Shown: positions 13,176 through 24,784, counted from the first letter of the stretch. The stretch is DNA of 64,000 nucleotides from Octopus sinensis (GCF_006345805.1 NC_043000.1:41354001-41418000), one strand, 5' to 3'. Program-made: numbers and translations. Notes: generated from the sequence alone by a model not told the origin.

Positions 13176-13214
<39 letters not shown>

Positions 13215-13229
13215 TGAGAAAGTTGGTGC

Positions 13230-13276
<47 letters not shown>

Positions 13277-13374
13277 TAGATAGATAGATATAAATATATA
13301 CATAGTTACATAGCTACATAAATACGTACATACATACATACATACATACATAAATACATACATGCATGCATACA

Positions 13375-13415
<41 letters not shown>

Positions 13416-13434
13416 ATAATATATATATATGATG

Positions 13435-13496
<62 letters not shown>

Positions 13497-13959
13497 ATAT
13501 TTACATACACGTTCGTAAGGAAGTATATATTTTAAATCATGCCGGACAGTCAGCATTACTCGGCCGTATTAATCAGTGAGTCACAGTCACTGATTAATAC
13601 ACCTAGTCTGCGCATATGCTGAGCCATACACATTCACACACACATACACACACACTCACACACACACACACGCATACACACATACGTACGTACGTGCCTA
13701 CCTACCTATATACATGCATACATTCATTCATACATGCATACAAGCATGAGAAAAACCTCTGGTGCGGAAATATTCCCGGAAGAAAATTCTTATCCTACAT
13801 AACACGTGTGAATACACATATTGGGGTGTGAGTTACGTCATTCTACTCCGCTTCTGTACTCCTGCGTGTCATCAACTACGAATAGTAAACCTGATCATTA
13901 ACAGCTATGTACACACATATACGCACACACCAATACACACACACACACAAACACTCATT

Positions 13960-14021
<62 letters not shown>

Positions 14022-14030
14022 TATATGATA

Positions 14031-14239
14031 TGTGACAAGTAGTGGTTGTTGTAATAAAGCTCAGAGTTTTGGATGCCGGGGCTGAAGTCTGCTCCGGCAT
14101 CTCATCAGTTATTAAGACAAAAACGCTATGTAGATCTCATAGCATTTTTGTCTTAATAACTGATGACATACCAGAGTAATCTCAGCTCCGGCATCCGAGA
14201 CTCTGACTTTTATTATGACAACCAACTAAATGTTACATA
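14031..14239. repeat. ~200-bp palindrome made of two inverted hammerhead-derived arms
   Basis: Arms pair across a 7-nt loop (TAGATCT). Each arm carries AATAA-CTGATGA, a GATGCCGG/CCGGCATC-type stem II, a mutated GAAAC, CTCTGAG and TTATT. Confidence 0.8.
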
Positions 14240-14340
14240 TTATATTTATAGATAAATTCTCATTCATTCTTTTGTCGTCATATTATTATTATTATTATTA
14301 TTTATTATTATTATATTATTATTATAGAGGTATGTATATA

Positions 14341-14393
<53 letters not shown>

Positions 14394-14394
<1 letters not shown>

Positions 14395-15212
14395 TAGCAG
14401 AATTGCCCGGCGTTGCTCGGGGCTGAATTGCTTGAAAGTACTGTTAATGATTGCACTGAATTATGATGATTATTCAGGCAAATATTGATATAAGTTTACG
14501 GTGGGAGATAAGGACTTAACGATAAAACGTGTGCCATTGCATTGTTTTGGGGGAACCAAATTTCTGATGAACATTATAGGGCACCAACTTTAAGTTTGAG
14601 AAAGTGTGGTGGTAGTCCGGGGTGCTCAAAGGAATTGAGTACCTCTATTGGATAGTTGATGACGTCCTCTGGGTCAGGAGTTGTATCGATAGACTGATAT
14701 ACATAGACTTCCCCAGGAATGAATTTTAGCATTTCATCATTAATATGGTGAACAGTTTTATTCCTCAGGGCCAGTATAGCCTTTTTGCCAATCCAATCCA
14801 TATTCTGATAATTAGCTTGTAGATCTGGGAACGTTGCATCTCTGAGATCAGAAGGCGTCTTAACAATGGTATAAATGGAATCGATGGCAATATTACCATT
14901 TTCATCCCCTGGTATTTTGCCTTCGCCAAGTGCAAGGAGGGTGTGAGGAAATGCTGCTGATGTGATATTACGTCACATATGAGCACGCATATTGGTGTGA
15001 AGTTTGAGAGTTACTTCCCTTTATTAAAAAAATATGCATTAAAATGGAAAAAATGATGGTAAATTATTTGTAAAATCATAGACTCATCGTAGACGCGCGC
15101 TAATACCCAGAAGGGCTCGATATGAATCACGACTATAAGATACCCGGTTTTGGTTAAGTAGTTAGGAATCTAAATCGGAGTAGAGAGACACACAACCTTT
15201 CTTTTATATATA
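14394..15212 (-). mobile_element. Non-autonomous Helitron carrying a Pif1-like helicase fragment
   Basis: 3' end CCCCGAGCAACGCCGGG hairpin followed by CTAG|T. Helicase motifs KAILALRNKTVHHIN, YQSIDT, NYPIEVLNSFEHPGLPPHFLKLKVG. 5' end is TATATAAAAG-like. Confidence 0.85.
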
Positions 15213-15689
15213 AATATTTTCGTCCTAAAAAACTTTGTATGGATTGAATGGTTACCTCTATGGAAATATATACACGCACATTATACATACATGTGTGTAT
15301 AGATGAATATATAAATACATTTAAATATCTATATACACTTTTGGGCGATCTTTCTTTTTCTTAGAGATAACTTTAGATCTTATATTCGTCCTAAAAAACT
15401 TTGTATGGAGTGAAAGGTTACCTCTATGGTAACACACACACACACGCATCCTCACACACACACACACGCACACACACACACACTCACACACACGCACACA
15501 CACACGTTAGCTTACAATTTTATTTATATATTTGCGTGTCTATGTGTGTAAAGTGGAAGTGGGAATGTAGAGTGAAAGAGTCACTCACTACAGAAAGTGA
15601 ATTACTTTCATTTTATTCGTTGCACACTGTGTGTGTGCGTTTGCGTGTGCTGTATCCCACACTAAGAGAAGCATTTGACTCATACACCA

Positions 15690-15867
15690 CAATGTGAGTT
15701 TTCTCTAAATTTTGCTTAATTGGGGTTGACATTTTAAAAAGTGGACCTGGCACGACCCGATGCATTCTACTCTTAAAAATGCTAGTTAAATTGTAATTGA
15801 AGAAATCCTATATTGTAGATTTCTATAAGATACAAAGGGAGGCAGATAAAATCTGCCTTTTATAATA

Positions 15868-15869
<2 letters not shown>
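15690..15869 (-). mobile_element. Probable 5' end of a second non-autonomous Helitron
   Basis: Minus strand begins A|TCTTATTATAAAAGGCAG, a TC terminus typical of Helitrons; no 3' end found. Confidence 0.4.
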
Positions 15870-15909
<40 letters not shown>

Positions 15910-15934
15910 TGTTTTCATAAACGGTAAAAGTGGC

Positions 15935-16625
15935 TGTATTTGCGACCTTAGGGAGCTTATCTCATTTGTCAACTCATTAAGATAGTGCTTCTGTGACTAT
16001 TGAGTTGCTTTGACTCCTATTTCTAGCAATACTGGTGCTGATAAGTGCCCATGTTCACTTTAGTGACGTATATATTTCTACCTTTAGGTTGTAATGTAGC
16101 GAATTAGCCACCCATATTATTTATAATTTTCACTTTTACATTTGAAATCAGCTGACAAGTAAAACCTTAGGTGCGGGGAGAGCCACTGATGAGCGTTAAG
16201 ATGCATTAAGTATCAGATCGTAAAATTATCGATGATCTGGATGTATCTGCGACCATAGGGAGCTTATCTCCTTTGTAGCAATATTTCTCCTATTTCTAGC
16301 AATACTGGTGCTGATAAGTGCCCATGTTCACTTTAGTGACGTATATATTTCTACCTTTAGGTTGTAAGATAGCGAATTAGCCACCCATACTATTTAAAAT
16401 TTTCACTTTTACATTTGAAATCAGCTGACTAGTAAAACCTTAGGTGCGGGGAGAGCCACTGATGAGTGTTAAGATGCATTAAGCATCAGAACGTGAAATT
16501 ATCGATGATCTGGATGTATCTGCGACCATAGGGAGTTTGTCTCTTTTGTCAGCTCATTAAGATAGCGCTTCTGTTGGCGATTGAGTTGTTTTGACTCTTA
16601 TTTTTAGCAATATTAGTGCTGATTA
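15935..16625. repeat. Tandem repeat, ~2.3 copies of a ~307-bp unit (second unit 273 bp)
   Basis: Unit starts TGTAT(T/C)TGCGACC at 15935, 16242 and 16515; high identity between copies. Confidence 0.9.
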
Positions 16626-16685
16626 GCGGCCTTGTTCACTGTCGAGTGTAAAATTGCAAATTAGCCGATCATATATATATATATA

Positions 16686-17097
16686 CTCTTTTACTCTTTT
16701 ACTTGTTTCAGTCATTTGACTGCGGCCATGCTGGAGCACCGCCTTTAGTCGAGCAAATCGACCCCGGGACATATTCTTTGTAAGCCCAGTACTTATTCTA
16801 TCGGTCTCTTTTGCCGAACCGCTAAGTGACGGGGACGTAAACACACCAGCATCGGTTGTCAAGCAATGCTAGGGTGACAAACACAGACACACAAACACAC
16901 ACACGCATACATATATATATATATACATATATACGACAGGCTTCTTTCAGTTTCCATCTACCAAATCCACTCACAAGGCATTGGGCGGCCCGGGGCTATA
17001 GCAGAAGACACTTGCCCAAGATGCCACGCAGTGGGACTGAACCTGGAACCATGTGGTTGTTTAGCAAGCTACTTACCACACAGCCACTCCTGCGCCT
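16686..17097 (-). mobile_element. Near full-length tRNA-derived SINE type A (head, internal microsatellite, tail)
   Basis: A/B-box head (GTGTGGTAAG; GGTTCAGTCCC), CTTGGGCAAGTGTCTTCT core, (TA/CA)n, tail ending GAAACAAGTAAAAGAG; repeated elsewhere in the window. Confidence 0.85.
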
Positions 17098-18018
17098 ATA
17101 TATATATATGATGCGACTCTATCCTATACTGTTCTCTTCCCCTATCGTTTTCTCTCTCATCCTTTCTCTAATCCATTTTTCTCCCCATCATCGTTTTCTA
17201 TCTGTCTCTCTCTTCCCCCTATTTCCCCTATACTCTCTCTCGTTGCTCACACATAACCATCCTCTATCTTTCTTTTCCTCACGCGATCATCTTTCTTTCG
17301 TTTCAGGGCTGTCCTAGAGGCTGGGCGTATCCTATCTATCTATCTCTTCTATTTTTTCTCTTGTCAAAGAAAATATTTCTCCAGCGTTCGCTATTTTACT
17401 TTCGTCTGGTCTAATGACCCTCCATTTTTGTTTTCGTTCGGTTTCCTTGTATGTATCCACGGTCCTGTTTTTGTTACCAACTTAGACCCTCCATAAATCC
17501 CAAATTTTATTTTGGATTTCGTGGGAGCAAATGCATTCGAAGACTCATGTTGTCGTTCAAAACTCGAAATGAGGAGTAAATAGGGAGCCGACAACTGATG
17601 AAGTGTCATTCTTTATGTTACTTATCCTGTTTTGCATTTGTTTCTCTCATTGTTTGCGTATTCAACTCATTTGTTTTCGTATTTCATATTGTTTATCGTT
17701 TGTGACGTCCTGTACCCATATATGCATATATATATATGCGTGTGTGTTTGTGTGTGTGTGTGTTTGCTTCTGCGTTTGTTCCCTCACATCCCTTGACAAC
17801 AAATTTTGGTATGTTTAGGTACCCATAATTTAGTGCTTTGGCAAAAGGGTCCTATAGGATTAGTACTAGACTTACAAAGAAAAATTCTTGTGGTCGATGT
17901 TTTCGATTAAAATGACTGAAACGAGTAAAAAAATTAAAAGAATATATATATATATATCTTACAGAGATGTACTTGCATAACAAGTGACCTGATCTGAGAT
18001 CGTGTGCTAGAACGAAAA

Positions 18019-18299
18019 CAATTGCAGCGTGGAAGGTGTTTATAAGCCATTTAAGAAACACTCAAAACCGTTAGATTCACATGAACATTTAAATTTAATT
18101 TGCCAAAATATTTTCATTGATTTGAGACCGCGACCTGTTCACTGACAAAATTGATGGAGCACGGAATTTTGTCTGTGAACAGGTCGCAGTCTCAAAGGGA
18201 CGAATATATTTTGGCAAATTAAATTTAAATGTCGAAGTGAATCTAACTGTTTGTTTGTGTTTTTTAAATAGCTTATTAACACTTTCCGCGCTGCAATTG
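18019..18299. repeat. ~280-bp fold-back hairpin (arms ~135 bp, 12-nt loop)
   Basis: CAATTGCAGCG...GACAAAATT / AATTTTGTC...CGCTGCAATTG, roughly 85% reverse-complement match by eye. Confidence 0.9.
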
Positions 18300-18342
18300 T
18301 GTATATATATATATATATATACATATACATACACACACACAC

Positions 18343-18394
<52 letters not shown>

Positions 18395-18788
18395 CAGGGG
18401 ACACACACAGACACACACTTATATTAGTCTCTTTTGTGGCTATAGACTCATGAATCCAGCTTTCGAGGGCTTAAGTCGACATGAAATATTAAAGTCCTCT
18501 CTCCATGCAACGCAAGTCCACTAAGGTTTAATCTCCTCATGCCACTGTTACACATTGCTCGACAACCAACCCACCGGATTACGCGTCCCCATGGACGGAC
18601 GCGCGTTTGGTTAACTGTAATACGCGTGTTTGATGAAAACTTCGAAGTTCCTCAAATTCTGACTTTTCAAATAGAGAGTCTGTTTTAAAACGTAATCATT
18701 TAGGTCTACGTGATTTATTGCTTTAACGGTTTTGCTGGTCCATAATAAATAATGATACCGTATATGTGTGTGTGTGTGTATGTGTGTG

Positions 18789-18820
<32 letters not shown>

Positions 18821-19671
18821 ATGTATGTGCGTGTTTGTGTGTGTATGCATATTCACACATATGCATACACTCTAAAACAAGAAGTATACTAGGCAATGTT
18901 CCGTTCGCGTGTGTACCGCGTAAGTGTGGCACCAAAACAAAAAACAAGTTATTTTATTTATTCTATTTTTATGGTTTATTTTTTACTCTCTCAACACACA
19001 CATACACACACACACTGTATATATATACACACATATACATACATGTATATATAATTTTACCATCAGTGAGAGCCAGATTATTCAAATGAGTGTAATGAAT
19101 ACAATATTTGAACAAAGACGTGGGCTTTTACCTAACGATTGCCTTTATATTATATTCTACACACTTCACATGTGTTGTTTATTTTTTACCTGTACCTTTC
19201 CTTTTTCACTATTATTTTCCCGCGTGTCTAAACTATCATCAACGTCGACGTCATCGTTGTCTTTGTCGTCGTACTTAACCTCCTCCTCCTCTCCTCCTCC
19301 TCATAATCATTATCATTTATTATCAACATCATCATCATCGTCATTATCATTTTCATAGCCACTATTCCTTTTTGGTTAGTTTTTTAGTTTTTTACTTTTA
19401 TCATATTTTCGGTTTAGCATTAAGTTAGCTCTGCTAGTGTAGATGTATGATAATGGCGTTCCAGCTGTGTCCGTTCCAATTTTTAGGAGACAATACTTAC
19501 GAGAACCTGTTCTGTTTGTTTTGCGGACATTGTGATGTAATTTGGAAGAGATTTGGATGCTATTCCTAATTGCTTCTTTATGTAATAATAATTATCCATT
19601 ATGTTCATGATTATGATTATCAACATTGGCGTTCTGTAGAGGATTAGTGGCAGGCAAGTGAAATAACGTTC

Positions 19672-20072
19672 TTATTTCTTTATTGCCCACAAAGGGCTAC
19701 ACAGAGGGGACAAACACTGACAGACAAACGGATTAAGTCGATTATATCGATCCCAGAGCGTAACTGGTACTTATTTAATCGACCCCGAAAGGATGAAAGG
19801 CAAAGTCGACCTCGGCGGAAAATTTGAACTCAGAACGTACCTATTTCTTTATTACCCACAAGGGGCCAAACACAGAAAGGATAAACAAGGACAGACAAAC
19901 GGATTAAGTCGATTACGTCGACCCCAGTGCGTAATTGGTGCTTATTTAATCGACCCTGAAAGGATGAAAGGCAAAGTCGACCTCAGCGGAATTTGAACTC
20001 AGAACGTAGCGGCAGACGAAATACAACTAAGCACTTCGCCCGGTGTGCTAACGTTTCTGCAAGCGTGTCGCC
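19672..20072 (-). mobile_element. Dimeric tRNA-derived SINE type B
   Basis: Two tandem copies of the GAAAGGATGAAAGGCAAAGTCGACCTCGGCGGAATTTGAACTCAGAACGT module; same dimer structure at 46468 and 58032. Confidence 0.85.
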
Positions 20073-20104
20073 CTTTTTTTTCATTTCAATCCTAACATAA
20101 AGTG

Positions 20105-20770
20105 CAATGACCTTCTTGGGGAGACAATAGGTGTTAACGAGAATCAACTGGCGGGTCTTTTCCGGAAGACTTTTGGGCTGGGATCCATGGATAATTTCCA
20201 GAAATTCTTGACTTGGCAGTGCTACCGGGGGGTATTACCGGTTCGGAATAAGCTGTACAGGAATGGAAGTGTCGTCAGCTGGGCTTGCCCGAGATGATCT
20301 CAGAGCGACGAAAGTGTTCTGCGTACTCTCGTCCAGTGGCGTGCCCGAGCATTGCTGACTTGTAGGTTTATGTCAAACACTTGCTGTCATATATAGGACG
20401 AATCTAGCTATCAGCCGAGTGTATTTTGAAGATCATCACGCCTTTCTTTGGTCGGAAAGGGTGTGCAGTATCTATTTGTCTGGTGGATTTAGTGAAAGAT
20501 GCTGTGTGGTGGACCAGATTGAAAGGGCTGAAGACATAACTTGTTTGACAAAATTCTCACCAAATGTTTCATGTTGGGAAAAAATTGAAGGTAGAGAATA
20601 TGCTGCCTCTCAGCAATTTTGTTCAAAGGGGGGTGAATGTATCCAGAATAGTCTGAGTGAACGTGTCTATTCTAGGTACGGGTCTGTAGGTCGAAGGAGG
20701 ACAATGTGGAAAGGGCACCTGTCTTTTTGTCAAGGTGTGCGTGGTTTTGTGAGATTTTCAGGAGCAGCTC
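20105..20770 (+). mobile_element. Tx1/L1-clade ORF2 C-terminal fragment with 3' UTR
   Basis: ENQLAGLFRKTF..FLTWQCYRGVLPVRNKLYRNG..CPR*SQSDESVL, a decayed C-terminal zinc knuckle. Confidence 0.75.
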
Positions 20771-20774
20771 TTCA

Positions 20775-21700
20775 AAGTCTCCCTATTTTTAGGAATTTTT
20801 CATCCTACACGCATCAACATCTATCCAACAAAGCTCCTCCACCTGTCAGCAATGCCTGGACACTGGACGAGTGCATGTAGAACGGTTTCATCGCCGTGCG
20901 TACATCTCGGACAGGTCTGTCTGACAGAATCTGTAGGGTTTGTCTCGAATCAGCAGATCCCAACGTTAACACTGTCAGGCCAGGAATTACTAGCCCCATT
21001 TCGAAAATCATCAGGAACAGACTAGCTAGCTGGTTTTCGTCCTTTCACCCTTTCTCCTATAGGCTAGCGCTACTCTATCCGAGCGTGCATCCAAGATGGT
21101 TTTCCAATCGCCCAATAGCACTAAAGAGCGTGACGTCCCATGAAAAATCCTCAGTTGTCTGAAAAAATCTGGCTGACTCACTCCAGTTGCATCGTACACA
21201 ACGAATTGTCTAAAAGCACCACCTTCGCAATTACACCCATACCACCAGCTTACCATCCGTGTTCAGGAAGATCGTCCGTACCAAGATCCTGGCCTTTCTT
21301 AAATAATACTACCAGCCCGCCTCAATTCCATACGTAGATCTCAAAGCAGTCGAAAATAGGCTCTATATCTTGTGTGTCAGAAATTCTGGGCGCTGACGGT
21401 CGTTACATCTATAGGTAGTGACCTGAAATTGTTGAGCAGGTGACTTTACTTCCAGGTCAAACTCAGGCCACGAGCATTTATACAGCCTACTCTTAAACCC
21501 GCCATAAATGACCGAAACGAGTTCAGAGAAGGAGAAAAATGGGGATATACGTAGCCGCTGATTGTAGCTGCAAGTAACTTCCATATCTTGTTGGGTACCT
21601 TAGGGGACCCCACCTAAAAGACTACTAGTGGCTTTTACATTAAGGGTTTCCACGCCATGACGAAGCTCTCTCTGATGCTTTTATATATTTCCAGCGGCAT
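20775..21700 (-). mobile_element. Internally deleted Tx1/L1 element (APE endonuclease joined to the C-terminal zinc knuckle)
   Basis: EN motifs GGAFR..PDFFR..SLVLLGDWKTILD, then at ~21060 a jump to ENQLASLF..CPRCTHGDETVLHALVQCP; no RT sequence between. Confidence 0.8.
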
Positions 21701-21714
21701 ACGCAACATCATAA

Positions 21715-21871
21715 GGTTTCATTATTTACATTATTTACAATTGACGGATATTTGTCTTCATCTTGTTTGTTGTTAGCACAACATTTCGGCTGCCTTCATC
21801 AAGTGTCTTGGGAAATTTCGAACTTGGGTTCTCATTCCTAAGGTATTTTTTGATGTTGTTGTTATTGTTGA

Positions 21872-21963
<92 letters not shown>

Positions 21964-22330
21964 TTATTATTATTATTATCATTATTATTCAGGTCACTGC
22001 CTAGAATCAAGCTGGGAATCTTGGGGTTAGTAGCCTGTGATCTTAATCACTACGCCATATGCTCGTGGGCCCACAAGCATATAGCGTAGTGGATAAGAGC
22101 GCGGGCTACTAATAATCACTGGTACTGTAGAAGTTTTGAGATGCCACATTTTTTTCAATTTCTATTAGCAAGTCTAATTAGAAATGTCCCCCAAGACACC
22201 TGATGAAGGCTGGAGGACATATCAGCCGAAACGTTGTGTTAACAACAAACAAGATGAGGATAAATATCCGTCAATTGCAAATAATGTAAATAATGTAAAT
22301 AATGTACATAATTCCTAATCTCTTAATCAT
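21715..22330. mobile_element. Palindromic composite: tRNA-derived head, (AAT/AGT)n and hammerhead-bearing Penelope-type tail, in two inverted copies
   Basis: Centre CTACGCCATATGCT-C-GTGGGCCCAC-A-AGCATATAGCGTAG; arms 21720-21815 and 22186-22300 are reverse complements. Confidence 0.8.
22195..22240 (+). ncRNA. Intact minimal type I hammerhead ribozyme (Penelope-type)
   Basis: GACAC-CTGATGA-A-GGCTG(10-nt loop)CAGCC-GAAAC-GTT-GTGTT: stem I GACAC/GTGTT, 5-bp stem II, palindromic ACGT stem III, predicted cleavage after GUU (22235). Confidence 0.75.
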
Positions 22331-22476
22331 AGAACTGTATTATCATAAGAGTTCTTGGCACTTGAAAAATGCTGGTGCCAAAAATCTCACCCTCTCCCTC
22401 GAAGATCTTATCCTTTCTATCCATTCTATATAGTTCCCTGTAGCAGTCGTTGCTACGAACGTACTGTTGTTGTTGT

Positions 22477-22798
22477 GAAGGCGCGTGGCTTAGTGGTTAG
22501 GATATTCGGCTCCAGATCGTAAGATCGCGAGTTCAATTCCCAGCGACGCGTTGAATCCTTGAGCAAGACACATTTTTTTCATGTTTCTCGAGTCCACTCA
22601 GCTAGCAAAAATGAGTAGTGCTTGTATTTCAGTGGGCCAACCTTATCACACTATGTATCACACTGAATGTTCCCAAGAACTACGTTAAGGGTACACGTGT
22701 CTGTGGACTGCTCCACCACATGCAGGATAATTTAACGAGCAGAATGTTCTGTTGGTCGAATCAGCTGCAACCCACGTCGTCGTAACCGACGGAGTGCT
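22477..22798 (+). mobile_element. tRNA-derived SINE type C with CORE-like central domain
   Basis: A box TGGCTTAGTGG, B box GAGTTCAATTCC, CCTTGAGCAAGACAC..GTCCACTCAGCT; 3' part shared with 40365-40738. Confidence 0.75.
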
Positions 22799-23419
22799 AT
22801 TGTTGTTGTTATTGTTGTTCCTGCTGTTATTGATATTCACGGTGGAAACATTGTTGCCGTTTATGTTGCCGAGGTTACTGTTGTTTTTGATTTTTCTTTC
22901 TATCATAATTTTTGTTGTTGCATTTGGTGATGGCATTTGTGGTGGTCGTGTTCGTGGTCGTATTGTTGCTGTTAGGTAATATCTGAAGTATCATCACTTT
23001 CATTGGGGAAAATTAACTCAATATTTGGAATCAAATTATCATGCTGTGTTGTCGTTGCTGACATTGTTGCTGCTGTTAATTGTCATATGGTTAGTGTGGT
23101 CCACTGAACTTTGAAGTTGGTGAGTATTTAGCTCGCCTACCGTTTGAGGGTTGAAGACGAATAACTCTGACATGTACTACACCTCACTATCAGAGCTACA
23201 TTTGACTTCCTCCTCCATATGTCTGAGGAGAGCGGACATGTTTGCTTTTTAAAATACATTTTCCAAAACAAAATGGAAACCAATGAACAAACCAACAACA
23301 CCTATATAATGGCTGTTTTTTCAACAAACGTTTTGTCAAAAAATTGAACAATTAACCACTTTTGCAGAAACAATTAAAGCGATGAACATAAAAGCCTTAT
23401 TATAACGATAATAATAATA

Positions 23420-23632
23420 ATCCTTTCTACCATAGGCACAAAGCCTGATACTTTGGGGGAGGGGACAAGTCGATTACATCGACCTTAGTGTTTCTCTGGT
23501 ACTTAATTTATCGACCCCGAAAGGATGAAAGGCAAAGTCGACCTCGGCGGAATTTGAACTCAGAACGTAAAGACGGATGAAATACCGCTGGAAATTTTTC
23601 CCGGCATGGTAACGAATCTGTGCGGTCGCCAC
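23420..23632 (-). mobile_element. SINE type B monomer
   Basis: Contains the GAAAGGATGAAAGGCAAAGTCGACCTCGGCGG module; a similar copy lies at 26005-26203. Confidence 0.8.
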
Positions 23633-23972
23633 TTTAATGATAAAAATTAGAACAACAACAGCAGTAATAATGGTTCGAAATTTTGCCTGCTCTTCAAATT
23701 TCCTGTCATCATGCCGAAATTCAGTTCAACGATGGCGGGATTGTTAGGGCGTTGGTAAAAAAAAAGTTATAGCCTTTTATTGTTTGTTCTAGTTTATTGT
23801 CCGAGTTTGATTTCAATTGTGGTCAACTTTGTGTTTCCTCTCCCGGGGCTGAGATGAAACAGTACCAGTCAAAAACTGAGGTTGAGCTTAGTGAGTAGTT
23901 CCTCCTCTAAATTTCAGAACTTGTGCTACACACACTAGAAACCAATGACACGTTCTCCTCCTCCTCTTCATC

Positions 23973-24016
<44 letters not shown>

Positions 24017-24028
24017 CCACCACCGCCG

Positions 24029-24082
<54 letters not shown>

Positions 24083-24784
24083 TCACAATTATACTCATTA
24101 CTATTATTTTTCCCATGAAAGTCACAAACGAAATGCTACTTTCAAAAAGATGCGGGTAAATTTCGTGGGATTTTTACTCTATTAATTACACTGGATTATA
24201 AAGACACGCTAGTTCACAGAAAAAAGACCCCACCAACCTACCCATATACATATTTCGCACGCACACAGATACATATTCAGAAATCCCCTCTGTAACACAC
24301 ACACACACGCATGCACATACAAACACATTCAAACCGATACACCCATCAATTTCACGCTGACACACTTATAGAATGGTTGGTAATATATGCATGACTAGCC
24401 AAAACTATCCATAAACAAAAAGCTTTTGTTTTCTACATACGTGTGTAAATGTATGGCTTAATATGTGTGTGTATATGTAACCATGGATTTGTATTGTATT
24501 AACTATTCTGATATGCTTGCCTACGAGCTTGTATTTATGCCTGTTTGTATATGTGTGCGCGTTCATGTGTCTGCGCGTGCGCATTATATTTGCCGTTTAA
24601 ACACCGCCATCAAAGTTGGATGGTCTGTGGCTTTTGTGCGTATCTGCGTTTGTCCACGTGTTCATATATATATATACCGTAACCGACCAGGCTATCAGAT
24701 GTTGCTACACATCGCTGGTCACAATGCGCTTCGCATTGTTTTTTAGCCTTCAAATGACGCCACCCCGCTGGCTAAGCGAGCAGG

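Noticed and set aside
14044-14223. Pre-miRNA
   Set aside because: The stem is much longer than a typical pre-miRNA and the arms are better explained as inverted hammerhead-bearing repeats; no small-RNA data.
15935-16625. CRISPR array, or hammerhead from CTGATGA at ~16178 and ~16458
   Set aside because: Eukaryotic context with no repeat-spacer pattern; no GAAAC or stem I follows the CTGATGA.
21735-22089. Poly-L, poly-N/S, poly-I/V ORFs (also 25615-25970, 30029-30431, 31431-31760, 36383-36849)
   Set aside because: Trinucleotide repeats, not coding.
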